From positions 705,382 to 769,381 of the forward strand of contig RHPI01002262.1 of the NCBI GenBank assembly GCA_009103225.1: a DNA stretch of 64,000 bases. The letters run 5' to 3'. Below the pieces are notes generated by a model. The model had not been told where the DNA came from and did no database searches. It was given only the letters and a program-made list of their open reading frames with translations. The stretch is from Chlorokybus atmophyticus (lineage: Eukaryota > Plantae > Mesostigma and Chlorokybus algae). Below are positions 46,422 through 59,817 of this stretch, in pieces (within the stretch, counting starts at the first letter, position 1; each line of letters starts with the position of its first letter). The translations under genes were made by a program, and so were the position numbers.

Positions 46422-49328
46422 ATGCAGAAGGATAGGCGCAGTGTACTAAAGGGTCTCAACGAAAGGTTGTCTGCAGCATCAACCTTGCCTTCATCAGCGC
46501 CCAAGCACCAGATATACGCTCCAAGCAGGTACGAAAGCGAAGAGAACGCAACACAACACAAGATTTGTGGTAACCACAACAGTGAGTGTGTATGCCAATG
46601 TAGTCCTAATGTGCCTTGCTGTGCACTGTTTGTGAGCTATGTTTCGCACCACATTTCTGTTGTACAGTGCGGCAAGGTCGGATGCGCTGAACGATGACTA
46701 CATGCAGCGGATGGAAGATGCAGTGGGCAGCATGCACATGCATGCTGAAAGCAACAACACCAGCAGGTGTGTTGGCAATTGAGTGCCGCCACTCACCATA
46801 TGCACATACGCATGCATGATAGCACGCACATGCATGCGCATGCACACGCATACAAGTAGTAATAAGTGTGCACTGGGTACGTGTTGTCCAGTGTCTCAGC
46901 GAAGCCACCATCAACAACAGCAAGGCCCAAATCAACATCAGTCCCAACGACAAGATCAGTGAAACCAACAGCAAGGACAACATCAAATGAAACAGACACA
47001 GCCTCAGCAACGACAACAATGGCAGCTTCATGGACAACAGGGCCGTTGGATCCGGCGGGTACAAGAGTGCAGCTGAGCGAACAACCCGTAAGTGTTGTAT
47101 GCATGGTGCTAACGTGGACAGCTTGGTTGCAACAACCAAAGCGCAACACTGATGCACATGTGTCAACAGGTGGTCTGCATGAGTGTGCGGGGTGGTGAGG
47201 CCGTGGCCGGCACCACCGACCACGCTCTATATGCCATGGATGTTGCCACAGCTCGACTCTCACGCACACTGTGAGTATGTGCACAGCTGGAGCAACACGT
47301 TGTGCGCGCAGCTTGTTGCTCCAGCTGATTGCATGTGGGGCGTAAGGTATGGCAAAAACGCCGGGCACACAGATTGGGTGACTAGTGTAGCGCACACGAG
47401 TGACGGCCGTGTGATCAGGTGAGCGAATGACTCTGAGTTGTACTGTTGTATCTGTGGATGTTGGGTCACATGCTGAGTAAGTAGTATATAACGCAGTGGT
47501 GGCATGGATGGCAATGTGTGCCTGTGGGAGAGAGCGGGCTCGCGATGCACATACCTCAAAGGCCACACGTGAGTGGTACTAACACGACCGCTAAGGAATG
47601 TGCATGAGAGTCCCATCAGTTGAAAATTGTCGGTTGGTTGGTTGGTATGCACCTGTTTGTTCACCCTCTTGGCAAGTATCCACCCACCAGCTGCCAATGA
47701 CCCAACGACTTGAACAGTCACTGACACCCGCACCCCTGCTCTTGTGCAACAGCACTTGCTGACTCTCACAATCACTCGCTCACTCGTGTACTTGCTTGTG
47801 TGCTCACTTGGTCGCTCGCTCTGTTATTGGACTTGTGTGGGTTTAAAGCCGATGGTGCTTTTAACTGGTTGTAGTTTGCGGGATCATGCTCAGGGCGTCC
47901 GTTGCGCAAGTGGCCGCATGCGAGGGTGACAACACGGCTGTGAGTTGCTCATACGACAAAACGCTGCGCCTGTGGGATACACGCACAAAGCGCGAGGTAT
48001 GCTATGTGGCTAACATTGTCCAGCTGTAGCCATTGTAAGAGTGGTGACATTGACACCTCCTGTTAGATTGCGTGCATGAGTGGCGGTCATGGGGCAGCGG
48101 TGTTGGTCTTTGCACTTAGCAGCCAAAGCAAAAGCAGTGAAGGCTCCAATGGGGAAATAACGGTTGTCAGCGGCAGCCGAGATGGCGGCGTGGCTGTTTG
48201 GGTGGGTGCACGCTCTACTTATGCTGTGCAACTGATTTGCCCACGTATGCGTGTGGACACATACACAACTGTGCCAGTCACAAAGTGCCTTGCACATGCA
48301 GGATGTATCAAGAGCGCAACTTGTTGGCAAGACTCGTGAGGCCCATGCTGGTCATGTCACTGCACTTGCTTGGATTGAGCCCGGGCGGTATGCTACTGGC
48401 GGCCAGGTATGTGCGCGCATGTGTGTGACAACACTAGCATGCATGGGATTGGTGTTGATGTGGTCTGGTGCGAAAGGATGGGGCGGTGAGGGTGTGGGAC
48501 GTGCGCAGCAAGGAGTGCGTGGAGAGCGTGTGCGCGCATTCTGCCAACAGTGGCACAGGTATGTCATGGACACATGAACAACGTTGGGTGCCAGCACGGT
48601 GAGTAGGTATGCTTAGTTGCTTACATTTTACATGTGTCGAGAAAAATTGCAATCAAGGTTCGCTTTTCCTTTGCACAGCTTCTACTCAATGAGACAAACC
48701 ATGCCATCAACACTGTTGCTTGAATCAATGCAACATATGCGTCGTGTACAGGCGCTGTAGGCAACATGGAGCTAGCTTCAGTGTCAGGCACCACTTACGT
48801 GGTGACAGCTGGAGCTGACAGAACAGTCAAGGTTGGGTTGATGCGTTCTGGCATGTGCTGACATCACACACAACGTGTGGCACACAGCACGTCATTGACA
48901 CGCATGTGTTTGAACAGGTTCTGGAGCCTCGCTTGTCTTACAAGACGTTGTTCTGCTTTGATCAGCATAAAGACTTCATCTACAGTCTCAAGCTGCACGG
49001 CACACTGGCATTGAGGTGAGCCTCCCTTGCTCAACTGCAATTGACTTGACAAGAAACCGAACAACTGTGCTGCACAGTGGGGACGGTTCAGGAGCGCTGC
49101 ATGTGCAAGACTTCACCACAGGCCAGTTGTTGTATGGTATGGGCGCCAATCGAGCTGCGGTGAGTGCGATGCTTCATTATGGATATGATGCTCAATTAGA
49201 CTGAACCCCTTGTTCTCTTTTGCACGGCTGACTGTGTTCTTATGCAGGTGCGGTGCATTGGCATAGCAGGGAGCAAGTTGGTGACAGCTGGGGACGATGG
49301 ATGCATGTTGGTACACACATATGCGTAG
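46422..49328 (+). CDS. WD40-repeat protein with low-complexity N-terminus
   Basis: Spliced GHTDWVTSV, SGGMDGNVCLWE, GHT, SCSYDKTLRLWD, SGSRDGGVAVWD, AHAGHVTAL, TGGQDGAVRVWD, TAGADRTVK, QHKDFIYSL, VTAGDDGCMLVHTYA*. The start at 46422 is the best available ATG. Confidence 0.88.
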
Positions 49329-49695
49329 TTCAGCTGAGTGAGCCATCGTGAATGGTTGTAGCTAAGTAGGATTGTGCACCCAGTCGATTGAAGCAGTCTA
49401 CCTGTACATGGTCATGGCAACACATGTGTACTTCCAGCAACAGCCGAGAACTGACAGTACACCTACCTATGCAGCTACCATCCCCTGCTGTACAACGCAA
49501 TGTGTGTACTGCATGTGGCTTCACTCACGCACACGCTGCCCTAGCACAGTCGCATGAGGTCTGTTGTGCGCTGTTATCATAGTGACAAGCTGATCAATCC
49601 ATGCGAGGACAATCAGACGCTTGACATTGGACAAATGCACACAAAGGCGCACAAGGCACTTGCTACGCTCGAATAATATTGAGTGCCAGTACAAA

Positions 49696-52397
49696 TCACC
49701 TCCGTCTGTGAGCATCATCCTGCCGAGATCGGTGCCTATCAGGACTCCGTGAGCTTCGCCCATCTGGACTTCGCCTCCTCCTATGCCTGTCTGGACTCCT
49801 GTTGCTGGTATGTCTCCTGCGTGGACTCCTGCTGCGCTCCCGGTGTTCTGTGGGACCTTCACGCTCTCTTGACCTGCTGCGCTGTGCACGGAACTCATCA
49901 TCTCCTAGATCAAGTTTAGCATGTGGTTGTAACCTGCTGGTTTTCAAAGTGGCCTGGTCCTCTTCACTTAGCCTCAGCACGCAACGCCTCGTGCTTGCAC
50001 CAAATGTGAGTACTGCGCCATCCAGCAATGGCGCAGAAGTCTTGCCCGTTGGCACACGTTTCGAGTTGACAAAGCTGCCGTGCTTGGACTCCAGATCTTG
50101 TAACACCCACCCGTCTGGAGTGTGCAACAGCTGTGCGTGCTGCACACAACGTGTGTGTCAACACACAATTTGCGCAAGACCCATTGCATGTGTCTTTGCA
50201 GCATGGGTGTGTACAACCAGTGCATTGCATGCAAGGAACCATGGCGACATACCTTGCGCGATATTGATGCGTGTTCGCACTTCAGCTCAGCATCTGGCGA
50301 CCTTCCTACGTTGATTGTGGTGGATGTCAATGCTATCTCCGCAACAACTTGGTCGTTCTGCAAGGCACAGCGATTGGTGCCTGGTTGACGCACACAGCAC
50401 ACTCAATCTGGCTAAGAACTGCGCAAATGCTGCACCTTCATGACATCAAGCCGTGAGACGTCTGGTGATTTGGGTGCAAACAGCTTCTTCCCATACAACC
50501 TTAGAGCTTTCATAAAGCCTTCGTTGGGGGCCACCACGCTGCGCCCACGCTTCGTATACCTGCACTTACATATGTCACATGACAATCAACTCTATGAACA
50601 AACCTGCTATGCAACGGTTACCCCTACCCCCCGTGGAACACAGGCACCCTAAACTCGACATGGACTAAACCTGATGCATTGGAAAAAGCATGTGTAGTAC
50701 GGCATATGTGGTACAGCATATATGATATAGGTGCAGCATAACACCCTAGTCTGCAGCACCCGTACTCAAGAGCCTTCTCAGCTGTCCACCCTTTGCATCG
50801 CATCAGCCATGCCACCACAAGAGTAGCGGAACGGCTTACTCCAGCCCCGCAGTGCACAAGAACTCGCCCACTGCTGGGCTTGACTCCATCGATGAAGTCG
50901 GACGCTTGATCAAAATATGAAGTAATATCTTCCTCTTCAAAGTCTGGGAAAATGTGCATGATTCTTTCAGGCAGCAATTAATAAGCGTGCTACTACAACA
51001 GCATACATACCAGCGAGGTTGATGAAGAGGTGGTTGAGAGCCTTGGGCACCTTCAACGACTCCTTGTCAGTGTGCGCTGTGAGGACATGTGTGATGCTGA
51101 GCTCCTTCAATCCATCCACATCTTGAGCATGTTCCAGGTCCCCTAGATAAAGGAACCCTTCAACAACCTGCAATGTCAATCAATGACCCACAGAGTGTAC
51201 GCTTGCACACCTTCTATTGATGTGTATACAACTCTTATCGCCACATTCATATCTGAAGAGCGGCTGTGCATGATGCTGAAACACGCAATGTACCAACCAA
51301 CAGACAAGCAACCCAACAGCAGCCAGGTAATGCTGGCCTTCTCCTGTACCTCAGAGGGAAAGCGCAATGGCTGCACAGGTTTTGGTGACGTAGCGCACAG
51401 AAAGGGATACGATTCGCAAAACTTGCAGTATCCTTCAACTGCCAAGAGCAAACACTGGTGTCATTGACACAGTACAGCCCGACACCACCCGTATCATGCC
51501 AAGCTGCAATATGCATATCAAACCTCACCAGGTAGCAGTGTACACAACTTGCGCACCAGACCCTCAGCTGCAAGCTTCTCTACAATCGGATGCTTGTGCT
51601 GCATAGCACGATGTCACTTGCTTGTGTGGAATGATGCGGTACATGTTTACAAAATGAGGTGCGCAATGGCTTGTTCTGCATACCGGCTTGCTATCATCAT
51701 CTTCAAAGCCATACACGATGACCAGCCTGTCCCACCAGCACCCCTCTGACCAGTATGGCACACCAGCCAGCTCTTTGAGTTGCCTGCCCTGAGAAGTGTG
51801 GCTCAGATCAAGCTGCTGGCTGCAATGCACAGGCACAGAGCAAACGACGCCAGCTGCTGGCTAACGCAACTCGTTGCATTTTTATCAGTGCACAGTTGAG
51901 CTGTAATCACGCACCTGAAGTTCTACGCAGTAGGCGTTCCTGATGTGGCCCTTGAAATACTGCACGACATACATCATGCGTTACGTACGTTAGTTCAGCA
52001 AGGTGGAACGAACAATCCCAAACAGCCATTTGTGCCTGTGTAACAACACGAATCCTGCATTCCAGCTACCACATGTCACCGTGCAAGCTTGTGTCTTGCG
52101 AACGTGCCATGCCATGCCAACGACCACTTAGCGGACATTGACGTGCACAACCGCAAGCTCGTAATGTCAGCACACTGCGTGCATGCAGGAGACATTCACT
52201 CAGCAAAGCCCTTACTGGTCTGTGCGTGCATTAGTGGTAGCCCAGCATGTCTTGCGAGCTGAAGAGCTCACCTCCTTACGACCGCGTATATCGAACAGCA
52301 GCGGCTGCTTGGCCCTGGCCTCCCCAACGTTCAGCACGAGGGCATTGTATACGTCGCTGGCGCACACGTCCACGGGCTCAACCCGCTGCCCGGCCAT
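49696..52397 (-). CDS. Dual-specificity phosphatase with N-terminal rhodanese-like domain, C-terminal FHA domain and RS-rich tail
   Basis: [10 protein letters not shown]|[67 protein letters not shown]...VMK|NDQVVAEI...[19 protein letters not shown]|HAQL...[13 protein letters not shown], then RSRS/RRSP repeats. Junctions linking DSP to FHA are in phase; the extreme 3' end may be spliced further. Confidence 0.85.
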
Positions 52398-52670
52398 GCC
52401 AACGACACCGCCGCCGCCGCTCAGCTAAGCTCAGCTAAGCTGAGTGCACGATTTGCTAAGCTTTGAGCTGAGACTAACTGTAGACTCGCGCACTGCGGCT
52501 TCCCATTGATCTGCGCAAGCGGGCATCCGGTTTTAGGGCTTGCCAGTGCTAAAACGCTATGCCTCAATTGCTCGACGGCATTGTTACGGCGGTGGAGGCG
52601 GTGGTGGTGGTGGAGGAGCAGAAGGGGGAAGAGGATTAGGATTAGGAGGGTCAGGACAGGGAGGTCGGAC

Positions 52671-55402
52671 ATGTATGGCACGGGCGTTTATGGTGGATCT
52701 CAAGCCGAAATGGATGAGTACGTGCCCCAGAGTGTGGGCTACGGAGGCATGGGCCATGCAAGGTATGGTGGGTATGGGGGTTATGGAGGGTATGGAGGGT
52801 ATGATGCGTTTGGAGGCCAGCCTTATGAGGGAGGCGCTGGTGGTGGGTCAGAGCAAGCAAAGCACCGGCACGACGGGAAGGTCGCCGAGGGCAAGGTGTT
52901 TCTCGGCGGGTTGGCTTCATCTACAGGCAAACAGGTGCCAGAGTTGTGGACAACAATATGCATGTATGCCCAACAAAGCTCATGTGTTCGTTAAGCACAA
53001 CATAGCTAAGCGAGGGCATTGGTTGTCGGTTCAACGACGCAAGAGCACAGCTTAAACAATGCGGGGCTGTGCACGCTTGCTAGGCAGTGTTGATTGATGT
53101 ATTTGCAGGGATCGCGCCTTGCGTTTTGCTAAGCACGTCTAGACGTTTAGACTGACAAGCTCACAAGCAGCTGCAATGGTTCACAGCGCTTGAACCATTG
53201 CAGCTGCATACACTTTTTCCTTGCCCNAAGCCTTGGTGACTGTCTCCACGCAGGCGGCCGTCACGCGCCAGCTCACGGAAAATGTTGAGCGTGGCTGGGG
53301 ACAGGAGGTGTCCGCACTCGCCCTGAACCTCAACCTCCTCCTCTCCCTCCTCTCCCTCTCCCTCCTCCTCCCAACTGTCCTCGTCGCTGCCATCGCCAGG
53401 CCCCCCCCCCTTCCTTCTTCCTGCAAAGACAGTTCGCTCTATGTAGACTTGACGTGCATTGACTGTTGCATTCTCACCCTACCAGTGATTAGTGGCTGCG
53501 CTCTTGATGGCGCAGTGCTTCTTGTGCTGTGGGTAGCTAGCAACATGTCCGACAAAGCACAGTTGTAAGGTTAGTCGGACTCGTGTGTTGCCTGCATTAT
53601 GATTGACGTAACCGAAGCAGCATGAATGCATGTCTGTGCCTTTGCTCAACTGCTTGGTGCATGCGTATGCAGGCTTTACTGGACTATTGCTCCAAGTGGG
53701 GGAAGGTTGTTGACTCCGTTATCATGGAAGGTCGAGGCTTTGGTTTTGTGACCTTTGAAGACTCATGTGAGGACACACGCATAGTCTTTGAAACAAGACA
53801 TGTTGTAAGGACGCTCAATGTTCATTGTGGTGCTCAGCTGTTGCGGACTCGTTCATACATCATGATGTCCCACATATGATTGAGGGGCGAACCGTTGAAG
53901 CCAAGCGAGCGGTGCCGCGACACATGATTGGCCCTGATGATCGGGACCGAATGCGACAGAGGGGCTCGCAAGCAGACTACCCCCTCCACGGTCGCGAGCG
54001 TGACTGGGACGAGTACAAACCTGGCGGTCCCCGTGGTCACAAGCAAGAAGACCTGATGCAGCCGTGCAAGTTGTTCATTGGCGGTATTGGCGACATAAGT
54101 GATGAGGTTAGTGTCTTGTCTGTTGGTCTCTGCTGTGTGGTTAAAGCAGGATGCAGGCAGTATGCTTTCTATGCTTTGGCAAGTGGTCCCATCAGGCAAG
54201 GGGGCACATGTATAGACAGACTATTACTTAGGCTATCGTTCACCTTAACATTGTGCGGTCCACGACGTGGCTGTGGTGTACATGCGGTGCATGAGGCAGG
54301 CAAGGTTTGTTTGTACAGCGTCTGCGTGTCAGAAATAGCAGAACGTTATGTGGTTGGCAACAAGGGTAATGTTTCATACTTCGGCATCTAGCATGTGCCA
54401 GCATGTTGCTGTTGTGGATTACGCCATGTCTGCAGGTGTTGCGGCGCCATTTTGCTCAGTTTGGGGAGGTTGTAGACTGTGCTATTGTTACGGATGGTTC
54501 AGGCAAGCGAAGAGGCTTTGGGTTTGTCACGTACGCGGACCCCTGGAGTATAGAACGGGTCCTATCTATGCCACATGAGGTCGGCAACCGCTTTGTTGAT
54601 GTGAAGCGTGCGGTTCCTCGCGACGAGATGGATGAGATCAGGAAGGGGTAGGGTTGTGTGTTTAGATAGCATGTGGTGGAATTACAAAGAGTCACAGGTT
54701 GGTTTTTTGCTCGGAGCGTGTGGTGACCAGCTCACTGAGGTGAGGTGTTTGTCCGCAGCAGTGGTTACATGGATATGCCAAGGCTACCCAGTCACACTGC
54801 CGTCAGGTAGCGTACACATTGGGTTCAACAATGCAAGCCATTGTGTGCTTGTCATCTTACCTTCCAACAAACATGCATACCCCTGTTGCGGAGCCATTGC
54901 ACTCAAGTAGTCAACTATTTGTACACAACAACTGTGTAACAACAACGCGCTGCGCAGGGAAGGTGACTGGGTGTGTGAAGACTGCGGCAACCACAACTTC
55001 TCCTTCCGAATAGAATGCAAGCGTTGCAAAAAGCCGAGGCTTCCCGCTCATAGATCATGGGGCTCAACAAACATGGGCGCTGGGTTTGATCCCTACTACG
55101 GCGTGCCAATGGCAGGCGGATATGGCGGGTTGAGCGGCTTCGCTGCTACGGGCTACAGCGCAATGAATGGCGGATACGGTGCTGCAAACGGGATGGCCTA
55201 TGGCATGCGCTATGACAGCTATGGCGCCTACGGCAACAATAGCAGTACGCTTGGTCGACAAGCGGCGTATTCAGAGCGCAGTTCAAGATCAAGCAGAGCA
55301 AGAGACTACCGACCTCCTGTTGATGACGTTGGACCAGACCGTAGGAGCAGCAGAGACAGAGACTCGAGAGGAAGATCTGGAGGAGGCTATCGTCCTTACT
55401 GA
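52671..55402 (+). CDS. RNA-binding protein: Gly/Tyr-rich N-terminus, two RRMs (hnRNP A/Musashi-like), RanBP2-type zinc finger, GY/RS-rich tail
   Basis: KVFLGGL, GRGFGFVTF, IEGRTVEAKRAVPR, KLFIGGI, RRGFGFVTY, VDVKRAVPR, EGDWVCEDCGNHNFSFRIECKRCKKPR; ends GGGYRPY*. Confidence 0.92.
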
Positions 55403-56329
55403 GCGACATTCAAACCTGCTTGCTGATGCTTCATGTGCAAGGTGAAGACAACAGGCAGGCTTGTGATTGTGTTCTGTGAGTTGCCGTATTTCAAAAAAGA
55501 CTGACATTAGCAGGTGCAGAGCTGTCTTCTGTATGGGAACTGCACAGGGTTCGCCGAGTGGCTGTACGACACATGCGGTGATCAGCATCTCAAGGACCAA
55601 CGCACCACCATCACCAAATCTTCCAGGAACAGCGCCAGCAACTGCATGGGATCATCTTCCGCCAGGATGTTTCTGCATTGCTGGCGTCTTCTAATGTGTT
55701 GGTTGGTTGGGTGTCCAAGACGGGTACTTTAAACCGACCAAGCATCAGCAGTAATACAGGGGTTCATGTGGTTCACACAGCGTTTGAGAGAATTGGATAG
55801 GGTGCAGGCCAACCACTGTTGGCTTGTTGCCACTATTTCTGCTAGGGTTCAATTCAGTGGCATTATTGGCAAGAGCACCATATGTTACTGAAGCCAGAGC
55901 TAGATAGAAGCTATTACTGCTGTCCGGCCTAGCGCACGACAACAGGCAACCATACATGGCTCATCAACTTATATTACATCCAGGTCATGTGCATCATCCA
56001 TTGCCCACAACGGCAGTTATGTTTGGTTAGCACAGAACTTGAGTGCAGAGCCTGGATGTCTATCAGCTGTTTGCTGTTGCATGATGATGGAAGTAATATC
56101 ATGTCATGGTAATATCACAGCAGAGCTTGGCTCGTAATTGGTCATGGAGCCACACTATGCAACAAGCGTGTCATGCACGACTAATGCTTCAATCCGCTGG
56201 CATTCAATGTAAGGTACGTCCGTACTGTAAACAACCAAGGCAAGACCTGGACGACATCACCGGGGCAGGGAGGGAGGAGGGGGGGGGGGAGTTGCAGTGC
56301 AATTTATAGTACATGTTGACACGTAGCAG

Positions 56330-59300
56330 AGCTTGTTGTCTATGGTACACAGGAAGTACTGACATGTAGCTTGTGTGCGAGCGGCAGGCCTTGTAGACGA
56401 CTGCCACAAGTGCATTATCAATGGGCCAACTCGCCTCACAATGCGCTATGCTTCAAGACAAGGACATGCCAGAGCGGATGAGGGCCCACAAGTGTGACAT
56501 CCAGTGGCTATGCGGCTACTGCGACGACACAAGGCCACGCCACACACAGTCGTTGTCGATGACACTGATCACCTCCTATAAAACACGGGCGTGCACTTCA
56601 CCTCCCTCACCGCAGCGCTGTGTTTTATCACCTGTCGGGTTGTCACATGGCCAAAGTTGAAACTGTCCATATCTTGGTGGGTTGGAACTCAACAACACTC
56701 GTACTCACGAGCATGCTCACCTGCAGGCAATCGTGAATGGACGCGTCCTCCACGCTCCTGAATGAAAGCAAGATGCAGATGCTGGAGTCGCTTATGACTG
56801 ACTCAAAATAGAGCATCTCAGCACTGTCACCTATGCAAACAGAACAGCTTTGCCTAGAACAACTTTATGTTGGAATGCTTGCAGCTGAACAGTTCATGGC
56901 TGCTGGCATACTGGATGTGGGTGCATGCAGCTAGTCTTAAAACGAGCTCAACCAGCCCCAGATCTCTCTGACTCGCGCTTACCTAGCGCTTGCTCAAGCT
57001 GCTCCATGGTGTGCTCCCTGTTGAACTGCACATGAACACGGTAATGAATAGACGCACAAATTGCAGCACAAGTATACGCAGCTGTGTTTGTCAAACCTTT
57101 CTCCTGCTAATAAGTTCGACTTGCAGCAACAGCAAGAAGGGCAGTCTTGCCGGCAGCTTGCTGAAGACCATCTCCATGTCAACTGCTAACGAGCAACATC
57201 ACAGTGCGCATCACATACACAGGTCATGAGAAACACCGCATAAACATGCTTACACATCTTGTGGTTTACCTCTTTGGTGCTCCTCATACTCACGCACAAG
57301 CTCGGACTCCACCTCGCCCAACCTCCCGGCACGTCGCCAGCTGGCGTCTGAGCTCGGAATATCACGCCACTGCACCAGGTAGCTTGTGGTGCCATCCTGC
57401 ATGTGCACACAGCAATGAAGTCGTATGTGCAAAGTTGTATGGTAACACACAAGCTTGCAGCAACTGACCTGTTTAATGCGCGCATCAAGTATCCTCTTGG
57501 GTTCAGGTGGAGCCGCAGCTACTTCTTCTGCGTCACTGAAGGCTCCAACATCATCCTCGGGCTGCATGCTGGTAAGTACGGGGTGGGGGGCTCCATACAT
57601 GATCTGAGAAAGAGTGGATGATATGTGTGTGCGTACAGGTCTGTACGCACACACAAATCATCACCCACTCTTGTGCGTGCGTGCGTGTTGTGGTGGGTGG
57701 GTGGTGGGGAGGGAGGGGCGGGGGGCGGGAGGGAGGGGCTAGTGACTGACATGCGCGTGCGTGCGATGGGTGGTGGGGTGGGGGTATTTGAGTAGTGTGT
57801 CTGTTTGTGCAAATGTGTGCATGCTCAAGAGTGAGTGCGCGCCTGTGCGTGCGTGTTTGCTGACTCACAACAGCGAGAACAGGGCAGTAGCAAGACCAAG
57901 CTGTTAAACTCACCAAGCAACCGTGGCATACTCCATCACCACGGCTAAGCGCCTGGTCGAAGCACGTGAGGCAAACTCTTCTCCCGCACGCGCACGGGAT
58001 GAACTTAAGGTCAAATACATCAAAGGCCGCTTGACATTCTGCGCACAAGATCACTGCGGTGCTTTCTGTCTCCTGGATGTCTTCTTGTGCGACAGTGGAT
58101 GACCGCTGCTGCTCTCTCGCATCCGGTTCTGCTACAACAATGGCGCCAATCCTGCTGTCGATGACGCTTCTGCCGATCTCGACTTCCTGATGAAGGACCT
58201 ATCAACGTAGCGGGCATGTAAGCAAACGGCCCTTTTGGGCTGTTTGTCAAGAAAAAGTGTGACTTGTGTCGCTTACCTCAGCGTTTGTTTGGTTGACTCC
58301 GTCGTTGCCCCTGTCCTCCTTGTCGTCCTCGTGCTGGTCGTCGTCCTGGTTCTCCTCCTTCTCCTTCTCCTTCGCTTGCACAACTCTCCCCTCATTTTCT
58401 TCACTGTCAGTGAATCTGTTGCCATCACCTTCGCCCTGTGCCTCAGTGCCGTTCTTGCGTTTAGCACTCTCCGGACTCTTGACAAGGCTGTGGCCTTCAT
58501 TGCCTTGCTCTTTCCCTCCGAAGCTGTCGTTCTTGTCCTCCTCGACCACAGTGCCCCGCTTCTCATGGTTGCCCGCGATCATTGAAAACAAACTTGCCTT
58601 GGCATGTGAGGTGGTTCCCTCTGTGCTTGTACTGCTGCCCACACCTGCACACAATCATGTCATATCAGCCCTTCTGACAGCGGCTTGAGACAGCACTGCT
58701 CAGTTGAACTGAGCTTGCTCACCGTCACAGTGTGCAAAGTCTTCTGCTGCACCGTTGGTTGCTTCTGTTATGGGATGCAACCTCTGCGATAAACACTGCA
58801 GTCAGTGTCAATCAAACCCGCACACAAGCATGCCGCAAGCTAGATGCAACAACACTGAGAGAGAACTAGCTAGCCAGACCTGACCCTCGGCACGCATGAA
58901 GTCCTTCCTGGCGTCGAGTTTCAGGTCCTTCCAGGTGTGACCACCCACCTTGTGCTTTGTGCCGCCCTCGGAGAGGTAGTCGCTTGCAAGAGAGGACCAC
59001 TCTGAGGGGGGTGCTGGAGCAGGCCCGGCTTTGGTGCGGCTGGGTGCCTTTGGTGCTCTGTCGTCGTTGGCGCTCTGCACTGGCTGCTGCCTGTCTTGCT
59101 TGGTTTTGCCTCGCCACGAGAACCACCTACTCAAAATTCTTGTTACAATTGTTGTTGTTGTAGTTGCTTAGATCATCAGTAAAGCTGCAGTACAGCTGTA
59201 CCTTCGCTTTGGTCCTGAGCGTGCAATGGGTTGCTTGCCAAGGCCTGCGCAACACGTATGGCTTCCCTGTTGTTTGCTCATACAGCAGCATTGCAAACGG

Positions 59301-59817
59301 TTCTTACAAGATGAAATGGAGGCACGCATTGGTCTGAGCAATAACGAAGTCAAGACTACAGCAAGCATGCATGCTGTGCAATAGACAGAGACATAAGCTA
59401 GAACACGTGCAATGCAGTTGACCCACCTGTTGGATCTTCAGCCCCCAGCATGTTCATCAACTGGCTGTACGCTGCTGGAGACTAACACCCTGCTTGTTGG
59501 TGTACCTGGCCTGCTTGTCGCTCAATGTGCTCTTATGCTTAACTGCACCAAGTCCAACACCAGCTTGTCCCACCCTTGAAACACTCAACAAACACCAGCT
59601 GTACACAGACCTTCCGCGGCCGCCAGCTTGGCCGAAGCTGCGCTGCTTCAAGTAGAAAGCTAAGCCTCATCGCAGAACCACAAGCAGAAGCCACAGTCTT
59701 GGCTTCTTGTTTCACTGCTTTGCCTGTGTGAGTATCGCAAATCTGGCTTCGCTCGCTGAGGTTCGACGGGACGAGGCCTGAGAAGGACAAAACGGAAGCC
59801 GGCTTTCCGTTTGGCAT
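56330..59817 (-). CDS. Protein with NOT4-type RING finger followed by a chromodomain-like module; both ends uncertain
   Basis: In-phase exons: acidic linker|VLHQE...CAECQAAFDVFDLKFIPCACGRRVCLTCFDQALSRGDGVCHGCL|IMYG...KRILDARIKQ|DGTTSYLVQWRDIPSSDASW...LVREYE|VDMEMVFSKLP...|FNREHTMEQLEQAL. Start and stop were not securely identified. Confidence 0.65.
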
